Shown: positions 13,001 to 28,000 of the stretch, piece after piece
Layout: each line of letters starts with the position of its first letter
How positions within the stretch are numbered: position 1 is the stretch's first letter
Origin: Lytechinus pictus
Lineage: Eukaryota
NCBI RefSeq assembly: GCF_037042905.1
Contig: NC_087251.1
Location: 40,550,001-40,614,000 of the forward strand
Length of the DNA stretch: 64,000 bases
Reading direction: 5' to 3'
Notes under the pieces: model-generated
The model's database searches: none
Told to the model about the DNA's origin: nothing
The model's input: only the letters and a program-made list of their open reading frames with translations
Made by a program: the position numbers and the translations under genes

Positions 13001-16000
13001 AATTATTATACATGGCCTGAAAGAGTATGTTCTCCCAAATAATTTGATACCATACTAACGTGGTATGTGCTAACGATTGGATGATCAGGAAGTATTCTTT
13101 GCAGTGATGTAAATTTTGATTTGCGCCAAAGAAAGGCATGACTGCAATGAATGAATCCAAAAGTCAATTATATCATAATCCTACCAGTTGTGTTAACATT
13201 CTATTCAAAACACCTTTTCAATAATTTGCATTATGACTGTTTAATAAACACTTTTTTGAAGTATCGATTCTCAAGTTAATTTCATTGAAAAGGGATATTG
13301 TTGCAAATATGTTTACTAACTCATGAAGGATTATGACACTAAGTTGGCATCTGGGTTCATTCACTGCAGCCATGCCTTACTTTGGCGCAAGTCAAAATTT
13401 ACATCACTGCAAAGAATACGTACTGATTATCCAAGCATTAACACATACCATATAAATATGGTATCGAATTAATTGGGAGAAGCTATACTCTTTCCAGCCA
13501 TAAATGATTGTGTTTATGACATATTTTTTCCTTAAAATGGGGATTTGTGAGGTGTCAATATATTTTTTTTACTCACAAAGTATAGCACTATTTCCTTCAA
13601 AGTTACTCTTAAATAAATTTACTTTTATCATAGAAACAAGCATGAGAGTCATTATTCTATTTTAAAGTAAGAATTTGAAAACTTTTCATCATCATATTGT
13701 GTTTACAACATGTTGACTTGAATTTGAATCATTTTCTCTCTTTTTTTTTGGTATTGTCGCTACAATCTACCCCCTCCCCCTCCCGCGCCCCTACATCATT
13801 CCCTCCGTTAGTATGAATGTTCTATCGATCGGCACGGTTCTCTGGGACGAAGTAAAGAGAACGGTGGTTAGAATTTAAAAGAGCTGGAGCAACATAAACG
13901 GATTGAACGTTATTGAAATAGCTGGCACAGGTCCCCCGAGCAATAATGTCTGCTCTCATCAGCTAAGGTGATAGTTACTAGAGAAGAAATCTCTTTCGTG
14001 TTCTGGTCTTTATTTGAACAGCCGGATCGGTTTTAGACCGATGTTAAAGAGGCCATGAAAATAGAGCAGTTCTTATATGCATCTACACACACCTCTACCT
14101 CTCTCTCTCTCTCACTCCCTGCTTCAAAGAAAGTCAGGTTTTTCTTGGAATATGAAAGAGCTCTGCATTTCGTTACATTCACGATGTCGCCACAATGAAA
14201 TAGGTGTTTGCCAGAGGATTCCCTTGTATCCACCCAATGTGTTATGCATACATGCAGAACGAATAGGGAAATATCCAGAATCATGTGTGATTAGGTTGGA
14301 GGAGACGGTGGGACAATCGGCCAATTTAATCAGTGAAAGTCGCCATTGTTTGATTTTCTCATATTCAATCTCGCAAGAAATGGTTGCATTTAGGGTTTGT
14401 CTAGTAGTGTTGTGTGCTGTGTCCCTGGAGGGGGGGGGGTTACTGGAAAAGACGCCGTTGACGCTTTTTCTCATATTCAATCTCGCAAGAAATGGTTGCA
14501 TTTAGGGTTTTTCTTGTAGTGTTGTGTGCTGTGTCCCTGGAGGGAGGGGGGTCACTGGAAAAGACGCCGTTGACGCTTATTCTCATCGATCATTCCAGAA
14601 CAGGTGATGCTGTTTCACATGACGTCACCCGGCCACACCAATTTATAATGTCTTGGCCTACACTTTCTGCAAATTTTCCCTTTTCACCTGATATGTCACT
14701 AAATTCTTTACCTTATTCATATTTCATAACAAAATTGTCCAATTTTGGTCGATAATTTTTGCATTCTTTCTACATCACAAAACAATATCTGAAATTCTAG
14801 TATTCATAACATAACCTAAACGAAAATATTTAATTTTTAAGACAAAGGGACAGTGAAAAGGGAGAATGAGGTTGAAGAAAGAGAGTTTATCTCTTGTATC
14901 AATATCGTATTTATGATCATCAATAATTTCAATTGCATGCCCCCCCCCCCCCCCATCGCAGGTGTTTGCCTTTAAAGGCAAGATATTTTCGCGTCCTCCG
15001 TCCCGTTTTCGTCCTTACGTTCTGACAGATCAAATTCAAACTTGGTTAAGATACGAGTTAGGAGTGACGTAACGAGGATCTCTATAATAAGGTCAATAGC
15101 TAGAGGTGTTTATATACGTTGAATATATCGTTCTCGAGAAAAATGAAGGAAAAAAAAGATTGAGAGGGGTCTAATTGAAACTTGGGCCATATACGCATTT
15201 TTCAAGTCTTTATTGATCATCCAGTTAAAAAACATATACATAATCTGAAACATAGATAACACGTAATCTTTTAGAATATCACAAAAAATAACATAACATT
15301 ATTGCTATTTGAGTAAAATCATACCATGAGTTACACAATTTACAGAATATAACATTTAAATAATCTAGAACTAGGTATAAATACTTAGTCTAAATATACA
15401 GAATTTATAGCGAAGCGATCGAATGAAATGAATCTAAATTAATATTAAAAAGAATCATGCACCCCAACCGCCCCAACCTCCCCTTACATTTACCCAAATC
15501 CAACACAGAATATTCTATCCAATACAAGAGGTGCATCGCAGTATAAAATACTCTTCCCCACCACATTAAATTATTGGAAAATATAGATTCATTCAAATTT
15601 CAAAAAGGCCTTAAAACACCATTCCTGACTGTTTGTATCCTCAAGTTCAGATATCTATCTTATCTTGTGTATGTATTGCAAATATGTTTCTTCTTAGCTA
15701 TTTGCTAATGTCTATAATGTAAGTCAACTAAGTTTTTCATTTACTGCTTTAACATGTATATCTATGTTAGGGACCTCTTTGTAAAACAGATATGTTATAA
15801 ACGCTGAGTAGGGAAATCCCTCCGTCTTTTGAATGATCTTTTCTTTGTAATTGTAAATATATATAATCATTGTTACCGTTTGAAATTGACGGAAAATAAA
15901 TACAAAACAAACAAATACAAGCGCGGCTTGCATATTGGAAGGAAAAAACCATCTGATCGTGATGTCACGTGGTCAAAGGTCATCATCGATCTGTAGTGAT

Positions 16001-19000
16001 TGTGAACTTGTCGAAAACACTTCGCATGGCGGAGCAGGAATTACATTTTTTTAGGGGGTCAAATTGACCGCCCCTCCCTTAACTCAGGGTTAAATTCCGT
16101 AACATAATTATGTTTACCAAACGAACTATACAGGAATACACGCTGACAAAAATGAAGAGAGGGAGAGAGAGGACAAGGAAAAGCACAGCCATTACGTTTA
16201 TATCAATAGCTCAGGAAAGACTGATACACACTCGTATCTTTTTCAAGCTATTCTTTTTTTTTCAGTCGTATTTGTCCATTCATGCACGCTGTAGATTGAT
16301 ACTGACCTGACTTCGCTACTACTGATACATCTACGCCTTGTTGACCAGCCATAAATCCAAGCACAGCAAAGATGACAAAACCAGAATACAGACTAGTCCC
16401 AGAATTAGCCACAGAAAATATCAAAGCATCCCTGAAAGAAACAAAACGTACAAAACTGAATAATAGAAAATCTCAAATTAAGATGTTTCAATAGTTTAGA
16501 ATAAACATATATTTAGAATCAATACTAAAACAAATATTTATTTTTATACAACTTGCTTTAAATACCCAGACCGGACCCAAAAGTGAAATTGACGAATCAT
16601 TATACCAATCGAAAGCTTATAAACAATAATGCAAGCTTTATGTATTTTCACTGCTTACAAGCTAAGTATTTTGCTTAACCCTTAAAGACTGGAATATTGT
16701 GAAGCATAAGAGGACTGGGGAGCTGATTCAGCCCCTCCCCCCTATTGATCTCGGCCGTCGACCGCGCGATCGCGACGAAAATTGACACGCGCGTTACTCA
16801 CGGCATAATCCGCATAACTGTAGGATCAAATTGTTCAATAAAGATCATTACTATGAGCTTTTACATTTTTTATTTGTTTGTAGGTTTCTCATCAAATATA
16901 CTTTCAAAATATCAAATATCACAATATTTTTATCATGTATTCTATTGTGTTTTTTTATTTCTCGTGTTTTTCTTTGTTTTTCGGCTTATCAAATTAATCA
17001 ATTAAGACCGGGCTCATATTTTTTACGGAAATCATAGACAACTTTATACTGATCATAAAAAGATGAAATTAACCGAGTTTTATGAATTTTGGCAAAAACA
17101 CAGTGCATTGGACTTGTGCACTGATTCATGTTTTGTGCAATTAGGGGTCTGATATGCACTTATGAAATGAATTATTTCAGAACCACGTACCAGGGGGTCG
17201 CAAAAAGTGATCTTAAAAATTGCGCAAGACTTAAAAGTCATGGCACGGCGCGGTACCAGCTTTTCGCGTTTGAGATTCATAGCGGAAAATGTCGAAGGGG
17301 GCTGAATCAGCCCACGCCCCCTATCTCATTACGATTCAGAATAGCTCGAATTATCGAGCTTCGAAAATAAGCTTTATAGTACTTTTCACCGGGCTCATAC
17401 TGAGTTAGAAGCGTTGAGGTTCCATAGGTTTGTACACAGAAAACCTCGGTGATTTTTCTGCTTTTCAGATTACGCATTTTATTTTCTTCACTTCGATCAC
17501 CATAGAGAAAATCATAAATCATAATAAAATTGTTCCCTTTCATTGGAACTCATCTTAATCACGGACTGAATGGAGTTTGGCGGTCAATTATGAGCCATAG
17601 ATACCTATGACCATGGTGACGAGTCTGATACTGGCTAATTAATACAGAGACATGTTCCTAAGTGGGCATAACGGGTTCGAATGGCGACAGTGACACCGTA
17701 AGAAGTTGCTCTTGACTTCAAAGTTTTTCATGAGCACGCCCGGGCGCGTTGTGATGCGAGATAGAGACAAGGGAGGATGGGATGTGTACGAAAAGTGACT
17801 TGTTGTTCACCAAGTCGAATGGAACTGGGCTAAATATCTCTTACATCTCCAGTGACTACTTGAGTCCATTTAAGCAGACTGAAGAGATTAAAAATACCAT
17901 TTTCTTTTTAGAGGGAGAGAGAGAGTCGGGGTGTATAGAAAGGGGGGGGGGGGGAGTGAAGTCATCAATCTCTCCCACGTTTTTATCTGCCGATCTGATT
18001 GTTATTCATGTACTTGTGTGCTTGTGTCGATCGACAGAAAAATCATGGCGAGTACATCAGGGACCCGTCTTACAAAGAGTTATACGATTGATCCGATCAA
18101 TCGCAAGTATGGAAAGCCAGCAACGTCAACATCTAAGATAAATGTTTGTTCAAAATATTTTCTAGAAATGCGGTTTATTCATAGTTACATTCACTGTTTT
18201 CTTGACAATTCGGTATGCTTCGATTTGTTTTCAAAGGACATTGTGCAAATTTCCTATGACACTGATGGATTTCCATAGAGTTATGATTGATTGGATCAAT
18301 TGTAGCTCTTTGTTAGACGGGGCCCTGGAAGGATTCACTGATGATCACTTCAGTAATTTTTCTGAAGATTCAATCAATGTGATAATCATTATTTTGACGG
18401 CGAGATGAGCTTACAAAGTAACTTTTAAAAAGAGGGGATAGACACATCCATCCGAGTTAACGAAAAGATTTCCTTTCATTTCCTTTCATTGTAAAATAAA
18501 CGTATTAAGATGGCATACTAGATTATAAAATCAGGACTGTGCGTCATACACCATGACTGCTTTTAATAAATCGTCTTATGGTAAATTACATCCTCATTCA
18601 CTCAATTTTATCTACTTTACAAAGAATGATCAATGGTTTTCAATCATTACATTATTTTGGTATTTATTCCGACTTCAAATAAGTTCAGTCCCTCCAGTTT
18701 GATATTTGATTTCTCCAGTACATGATGTATTTTCAGAGTTTTTGACTGCCGAAGTAATTAACATCGATAGGTAATCCAGAAGCCTACATGTCGAATCACA
18801 GGTGATATCATTACAGCTTGAAGAGTACTTCTAAACACCAAGTTTGTAAGGTTACACCAAGAACAGTCGAGCAGTGTAGGCTCACTGAGATTCCAAAATG
18901 GCGCAGCTACTATTACGGGTGTATACAAAAATAAAAGAGCTTGACCTTTGAAATTTAGCCGAATGTCACATTTCTCTTGTTCCCTAGAAAGCAATGTTTA

Positions 19001-22000
19001 GCCAGGAAATGCAATATCTAATTCTGAAGCCCGTTGTCTTAATTTATTCTGACCATTCCAATCGCTTGAACTTTTTATAAAGGATATCGGGACCCTTGCA
19101 GAAAGAGATGCCTTTCTCAACAAATAAATCACAAGTCTCTAGTCCGCGCATTTCATTGGCTAAAAATCACGTTGCGATTGATTTCAGTGTTACGTTTGAT
19201 TGCATCTATTTTTGAAACGGACCCCTGGTTTATTGAAATTGCTCAAGCACGAATGCAACATCAGCGTATGCCACTCACAGTAAAACAAAAACCGAAATGA
19301 GAAAAGAATTACGATCTCAAAGAATGAAAAAAAAATTAAAGGCATTTTGACATTTGATTCTGCATTTCAATTTATCTTTCATGATTTTCATTACTCTGGA
19401 AGATATGAGGGTCGCAATGAAATAAAGAACCGAAACTGAATATTCCCCAATACTTACATTAATTCATAATTTATATGTTTTGCTCTCACCATTATATATT
19501 TCGCACGAAACATAAAATCTTAATAGAGCAATTATCCCAGTGCATGAACCGAGATAATTTATCTCATAGACACCATATTCATATAAGATGTAAAACAAGA
19601 ATATAAAACATAATTTCACAAACACAACATACAACTACGTTTGTATTCAGTTAAAAAAAGCACATCATGACAACGTCTAGTTTGCTTCCAAACTTAAAAC
19701 TTTTTTGAAAAAAAAAACATTCCAAATATAGTTTTCTTTAAAAATTCAAATCAATTAAATCACAATCGAGCCATTTGAGACAAACAAATAAAGTACTTTG
19801 GCAGATAATCAAGGCAAAATGACGGCGGGCATACTGAATGATCATGGGAGATTTTAATCAATAGTTAGACCTACAAATGTGATCACAATGAATATGAATG
19901 AGGACCATCTTAAGAAAGGATCAACAACCCTTGGGCTTGATGATCGCATGTGAAAGGCAGGGGGGGCGGGGGGGGGGGGGGGTAGAAAGCCAAGCATAGG
20001 GAAACACTTACTTGAACAATATACACCCTTGGGAGATATTTCAAATAAAAGAACAAAGGTTCGAACCCATCATGATATTGAATGATATCGAATGAATGAG
20101 TTTTTGCTCCATCCACAATAAATGTTTTTGGCTTATTACGCCACCGATCAATATTGGTCATCATTCCAGGTTATATTATTGATTGACCATTTATAATTGG
20201 TATCGAACTCATCGAAATATTTTAGGATCGACTGGTTACCATTTGTAACTGCTATTTTTAAAGTATTGACTGGTCATCATTTATGACTGTTATCGCAGCA
20301 AACTTCGTATAAGCGCAGCAAACTTCGTAAGCGTGATGATATCAAAGTGTTCGGAAACGATTTGATTTAAACGACGAAATAAGGATGACGCCTAAACAAG
20401 TCGGATGCATAATCCCACTCAACTAAATTGTTCTCATGTCGTGACAACCGCATCTTTATCTAAGGCAAATGGAGAGCCAACCATGATAATTTATAGTTCA
20501 AGAAATGTGGTGAAGGGGAGGTAAAAACAAAAACAAAATCCTCGAAGACGAAACACCTCCATCTTCGGAAATGCCTGGTCAATGTCAGTTTATTCAATTG
20601 ATCATTAACACCACGTTATGAAATGGAACCATACGATCGAGAATTAATATTTTAAAAAATATGATGGGAAAAGGATATGCCATTTCCTCGACCATCTTTG
20701 ATCCTACACGATTGTTATTCATACAAATATATTGTTAATTACAAAATGGGCCTGAAGGCGTGCCAATGTTTTGGTTGTCTCTCAATGAGACTCCTCGAGT
20801 GTTCGCTCAATTACGCCGCAGGGAATAGATGGTCTATAAAGAGACTATGAACCTCCTACTTCAAATGATGATGATGTTTTCTTTTAATCTCCATCGATTG
20901 AAGAGAGGTGAAGAATCACGGTAGAGGCTTAAATAAAGAAAGCCTCTTACTTAAAATTAAGAGTGGATGCTTGTGGGGGTGCCGTTATACCGCCGCGACA
21001 CGCGCGAAAATACTCGGCTGACTTCAAAACCACTTACTTTCTCTCGCCCAAAAGACTGGAGGCTTTTGACGTCTGTTATAGCAATGTGCATCTATTTCAA
21101 TGTTTAGACATGTATTCATGCCAGAAGCAAGTACATGCCAATGAAAATGTTTAATCTATCACACAAAGTTCTGATAAGGAGGAGGAGATGGTGGTAGTTG
21201 TGCATTTCATCTTTGATTTTGATTTTAGTGATTTCTTTCGTTTTTAAAGGACTTCACACCTTTCTCTTTAGAGAAGTTCAACCAAATAGAATCTCAATAT
21301 CAATCTCCGTTTCCTTATTTCGGGGATGTAAATAAATCGTGGTTGGCAATCACGTGGGACGGAGAAACCATGTCCTTCCCGCCAATTTCTAAGTTTGGTA
21401 TATTATTTGTTACTATTTTAAGCCAAAATGCTTGCTACTAGAGTGTCGCTAAGGCGAGCAAATAATACGCCCGCCTTTTAACGCGGAAAATGGAGTTATT
21501 GGTCAAGCAAGAAAAGTGGAAGGTAGCGACTTAACCTTTGACCTTCTGACCTCAAAATCAATAAAATTCCTGGGATCTATGCTAGTATCATACACACCAG
21601 ATTATATGAGCCCAGGTTAAGTTAAACTGAAGTTATCGCATTTACATGGACTGCAGAAAGGTATAGATGAAAACATGTCACTGTGACCTTGACCTCAAAA
21701 TCGATTGGCTCCCTGTGAACCATGCTAGTATCATACACACCAAATTATATATGAGCCTAGGTTAAGTTAATCTGAAGTAATCGCGTTTACAAGGACTGCA
21801 GAAGGGTAGGATGAAAACATGTCAGTGTGACCTTGACCTTTGACCTTTTGACCTAAAATCGATAGGCCTCCTGGGACCCATGCTAGTATCATACACACTT
21901 AATTATATGAGCATAGGTTAAGTTAAACTGAAGTTATCGCGTGTACAAGGAAAAGTTAACGGACGGACTCAAATCGATGTTGATGGCAACCGGTACAAAA

Positions 22001-25000
22001 TTTTGCAATCATCATTTTAAGTTTCGTATTCTCTAGCTCTCTATTTACCAAATGCATAAATAATCTGCTGTTACCAAAATCATACCAAGGAGCATAGGCT
22101 TCCAAAAATATTTATACCCCTTTATTAAAAATGTCCAGGATTGACAGTTCCATTGATTTTCCTAGCGTTATCAAGGAAACATCTTTGACAAGACATCTTT
22201 TAAGTCAGAGAATAAATGTTGTGGTCATTCGAAGACCACATTGTTTTTATTCATGACGCATCAATTTTCGTTGGGCCTTATCCTTGCCCCCATTCTACAG
22301 TATATGGGAGGCGCGATAGCTCAGTCGGTATTAGAGCGGGGGTCTCAGATTCCGGGGACCCGGGTTCGATTTCCACTTGGTGCGCGAGTGCCCTTTGGCA
22401 AGGCATTAATCCTCATTTACATTACCATGTCTCTTGAAGAGGACCTTAAGCCATCAGTCCTCTGGTTGCTTGCTTACATGCATTCATGCTTTCTTAGCAA
22501 TCAGGTAAAAAAAAATCGTCACCTTTTACCATTTACCATATAAAAAAAAAACATCTGTTTTTTTTATATGGTAAATGATTCAGTTCAGTTCATTTATTTT
22601 CCATTAAAAACTCAATCAAAATAAATATATACAAAATTCATGAATAGAATTCGGAAGGAACTCAAGAAAAGCATAGCTTGCGAGGATTGTGCCCTTATTG
22701 ACAAAACAAAACAGATATGTTATTACATTAAAAGATTTGAAGAATAAATACTTGGAAGTTGGAACTGTAATTGGAAGGAAATTAAAAAAATAGCTGAGGA
22801 AGAAAATGTGCCTCTACGAGTCTACCACACTAATGGGGCGTTGCAAGAAACTTGCGATCAATCGTAAGTCTATTTTCGTTCCCGAAATCAAGCATATGCC
22901 GTGCAATTAATTGCAAATCTGCAATTGATTGCTATTCTGCTCCATGAAACAAGGATTGTAATCTGATTTGCTGTAGCTAAAAGTGATCAATCAAATGTAA
23001 AATTGCAACAGAATATTTGCGATTGATTGCAAATATTCTCTTGCAACACCCCTTAAGTCTACAAATTAAGGAAATGTTTTTCAATTCAAATCAATTCAAT
23101 TTATTTATTTTCATTTCAAAACAGCTTATGGATTGTTTAATTCATTTCAATTTTTTAGATCAAGTCTGAATTCATTAAAAAAAAAATAGACTCCCGGTGG
23201 AAGTTCTTCGTGTAATACAATTTTTTAAAAAGGAAACTCTTTACACTCATGTTTTGATCAATCCATATGGGGTCAGTTTATCTAATTTTAGATTGATGTT
23301 GCATCCACAATAAAGACCAAATAATGTGCAATGAATCCAATGAATGTTCGAAAGAATGCGACCCATTTAAGCAACTGACTGCATGTCCAGCTGTCAGCAA
23401 TTATCAATGTTTACATTTTGACGAATGGCAAGGGTGATGCGTTCCTATAAACACAAATAAAATAATAATATTGTCCATTTACATAATTTTTATAGCGCAG
23501 ATAGTATATGCATAATACTCTGCTGCGCTTGATACTTGATATCATTATTACCCGGCTGTAGCTACGCCACCATATAAATCCTACCGGGTACCAATTCACC
23601 TCACCTGGGTTGAGTGCAACACATGTGGATCAATTTCTTGCTGAATGAAAATACGTCATGGCTTGGATTCGGACCCACGACCCTCTGTTTCAAAGTCCGA
23701 AGACTGATCCACTGGGCCACAAGGAGAAAGGGGGCACGCCTGAAATATGCCCTTCTTCATGTGAATGCGATTATTTTGTTTTAAAAAATCGTATGTCGAG
23801 CTGAATAAAAAGGTCAAAGCCGCTTATCCAATTGATAATTTTCACTAAATTTATACTGCTTGAAGGTACTGAACACAAGAATAACTACTGAACCCGGAGA
23901 GAATCTCGAATTTTAGAAATTATCACACGTCAGCCTAGTCTGTAGAGTTTGATTAAATTGTTCAGCCATTGAATACCATTGGGTCATGTGGCATATTTAG
24001 TGTGGATTTTCCCACACAGGATTTACAAGAAATTAATAATTTTTCAGGCAAGATGATATAGTCTTTATTTGATGACTTATAAGCTCGGCTACACGACTTT
24101 TAAGAGAAGCACATTAGTATGCCCACAAATGCACTTTCATAATATTCCATGAAATATTTAATATAATCGCGTTTAATAACACTGTCCCTGCTTTGAAATG
24201 TTTTATAGAAACTGGAATGAAAACTGATGATGGAGGTTGGTTCGTTTTTGTGAAATCCATCAAACATGGGTAGTTGTGGTGTATTCTTTGTTGATCGGTA
24301 TTCTGAACTATATAATCTACGGTAAGGCAATTACCTGAATTGATAGGATTCAAATAAATCCTCGACAACGCGCTTTCATTTATTGGCCGCTATCCTCGTA
24401 GGAATATTGCTTTTATCCTCGTACGTTCTAAGGTTTTTTTTTTAACAAAGGTCTAGTCTTTGCTTCATCACTAACAGGCAAATTTACTGAAAGAAAAGTA
24501 GACAGTTTTAAAGACAGATTAATTGTGCTGTATTATTGTAGTGCGCTTGGAGATTTCTGAAAAAAAGGTAAATGATATGCCCTATGTAAGCAAGTATAAT
24601 TACTTTTAATAATTATTCACAAAGCGTTATAATGCATCTTTCCAAAACGGGCATAAAAATACCAACTGGTGGTATATACCGAAACTATCAGATGGTAGCA
24701 TAATTTTTGTCTGTACTTACGCCACCGACAAAAGAGGGCGTATTGATAACTGGTAAAAAACGACGGTGGTGCAAACACTGACAAATAATATCCCATATGA
24801 CAGAAATAGACTAGAATTGTACAGTACAAGGAAACATATTCAGCGACTTGACTTCCATGAAAGGGGGTGGATAAAGAAATCTTGTGAAATGTGAGAATTG
24901 CTGCACCATTTTCATAACGGAAGAACAATATGCGACATATTGAAGTCATAACTTTTCACTTCGGATATACAATATCCATTTGAGGAAACACATACAGGTT

Positions 25001-28000
25001 GAAGAGGTGGGATGGGAGATGGTGACATAGCAGGAGAAGGTGCTGGTTTGTAAACAGAGGAATCTTTTTGAGAAGCGAGAGGGGGATTTAGGTTGAATGT
25101 GAGATATAAAAGTGGCTACCAATTAGCGATTCGTGGACAATTCGAACATATATGCAGACTTACAATCCAGTGTACATACAGACATACAGACGAGAAAATT
25201 ATGAGAAGGACGGGGATCAAAGTACTTCTTATAAAGGTCATGATCACGTGACAAAACCATGCAGAGGGTTTCCAAGATGAGTACCCAAACACTCTTCATG
25301 TCAGTGTGCAGAGTTCATAGCATTCTATACGCCCCTGTGCACCTGCGTTAACGCATCCCTTATTCAAATTTGTTCTCCAGAATACCGGTGGAAAATCGCT
25401 TTCCCGCCAATCAATATCCCATCTCAAGTTAATGTACTCCAAGGCGAGAATATACACCATGTTAGAGAATTGGAAACATGGGTTAGAAGAAATAAAGGCA
25501 ATCTATGAAAACCCAATCATCCTTCGGGTGTAAAACGCACCGTGACAGTTTGAGCGACATACATGCGGATAATTTCCCTCTCATCGAGATACCAATATAC
25601 ACGCGTTGGGGAATTGCTAAAACACGTGTGCACTTGATAATATCTATTGGGACTTTGTCTGGTAAATTAATAGATGTTTGTTCCTCATTATTCCTTCCTG
25701 ATGAAATGAACCATACATTGATTAGGGCAGGCGAGCAACACTAAACAAAGTTTACAACTCCATCACGTGTGGTTCAGCCGCTGCTGCACTATACACTGCA
25801 AAAACACTGGTATTGATTTAACACCAGCCCGGAATATATATATATGTCCACACCAGAGCCAAGTGTTAAACTACACCAGTTTGGTTTCGGTCTGACACCA
25901 GATAGGTGTTTATACAACACCAATTAGAATTAAAACAGCATTGGTTTGATTCCAAACTGGTGATGTTTCAATACTTCTCTGGTGTGGACATATATAGATT
26001 CCGGGCTGGAGTTAAATCAACACCGGAGTTTTTGCAGTGTACTTTCCGCTATGTATTTTAGAACTCACAATGCTCTAATTAACAGAAACAAGATGGGGAT
26101 GTGGAAAATCGATCACTAAGAACAATTATAGGTATCACCAATCAAAAGAATACACGTACTTCCAATACAATACAGGACTTGTTTAATTTGTGTAATCTCA
26201 AAGTTTTTATCTATCCCATGTTATCGTCTCCAATACATTATACTCCATATCGATGATTGTATTACCATTGCAATCCTAATAATGAAGTTATTATCCCCGC
26301 CACATATCTATTCAATGCATTGATTAAAATACAACAGCTTGGTGAAGCAGATCACATGTAGGCCATGACTTTTCCTTTTGTTGCTAAGGTGGTGGATTGT
26401 TTAACCCGTCGCCATAGAGAGCCCGAGTCAACCGGGCATCCCCAGAGGTCAAAGGGCAAGCACACACGAAGAACTACAGCGCCAAATTTAATAGTCACTA
26501 GAAAAGAACACGTGAATTGGTTCGTAAATGGTTAGCCCTCTGCGAATGATGTTCACCAAAACAAATCTACAGTCAACATAATTTTTACTGAGGAAACTAA
26601 CTATTTTCTGTGGAAAGTAAAAATAATCATACACTTTATGATTGTTTCGTTGAAAACAAGTTGGCATTTTTTTAGTACACCAAATCACGTTTTAGAGCAA
26701 TTTTGGGTCCGACGTGCACTTACAAAATTTCAGAACCGCGTAACTGGCCGTCGAAAATTTGGTCCCGAAAGATGCAGTCAGCGAAAGACCCGGTCAAAAT
26801 TTTTTTTCGCTCGGCAGCATAGCCACAATATCGTCGAGGTGGGATCAAACTCGCCCCCCCCCCCCCATTACTGCTTACTTTTCCTTGACCCTTGTGCTGA
26901 ACAATTTTATTATCGGGGGTTACCCACCTTTCGTCACTCCCAATACATTCAATTATTGTTTATATGCTCGTTAATTTTAAGATTAACATGATTAGTTCAT
27001 GGTACATTAGTGCCTGTCCCAGGCGTGGGGATATTCCGACATCCCTTTTATACAGTCCATAACATTGTTATGACAAAATATCGCCGGTTCAAGTTCGGAT
27101 GATTAACTTTTCAAGGCCTTGTATATTATTATCGGTTGTATAAAGGATTGTGCAGTGCTCGCTGACAAAATCAGTATTTGAACCAATTATACTTTGAAGA
27201 TAATTCGGAGTAAATCAGGGACAAATTTCGAATAGTCAAGGCCCAAAATTATGTTTTGAGGATTTTTTTTTGTTTACTCTACTCCAACATAGATTGCGGG
27301 GAAATGATTGATAATGTGACGCGAGCAAACGCAAATTATTCTGAACCGAGACGCATTAAAAACGTCACATTCTAATCACACTGCGTTTATTAAATTTTAA
27401 TTGCGTTATACGAGCATTAAGCCTTGTTATACCAACGTATCGACTCGTTTAACGTGAAAGGTTACCAGACAGGGGCTTATCAAACTTGCACTTCATTTTC
27501 TTAATTAGTCGTTATTACATCAATGCATGCAATACCATAGTTAATTCTGCTTTAAGAATGATTTGATGCAAGAAATAGGCCTACGGAATATTATAGTTCC
27601 AGCCTTCTAAACTTATTAGTAAGTCCCCATGATACATCTTTACCTTGAACATAATGAAGTCAAAGGCGGATCAGTCTGTTTTGTATCACACATTAATTAG
27701 TCTATAAATGAGGTTACTCTCTAGACATAGTACAACATGACTACATACCATTACATATTTGATGGAATCTGCAGACTTGCTTGTTCATATAGCTTTGCAA
27801 GAGGATTAATTAGAGTGAGGAAGCTCAGAGTATATAAATCATAAACAATTGTGTTGTTTATGTTGTTTTGCTTTCTTCAGCATTTCAAACAATCTTTTAA
27901 AAGAATTTTTGTTCTAAATATTTCGTTCTGAATATTTAGAGATTCGATATATATTATTTATGATATATAATGAACACAATAAGTATCACAAATTTTCTAA

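Noticed and set aside
14033..14755. Overlapping 83-142 aa ORFs
   Set aside because: They span a microsatellite and a tandem duplication, with no recognisable domain.
15200..15950. Possible L1/Tx1 3' remnant (similar hint at about 4400-5100)
   Set aside because: Too degraded to support by eye; needs a translated profile search.
22310..22385. Functional tRNA gene
   Set aside because: A and B boxes are present but the stems pair poorly and the sequence runs into a SINE core.
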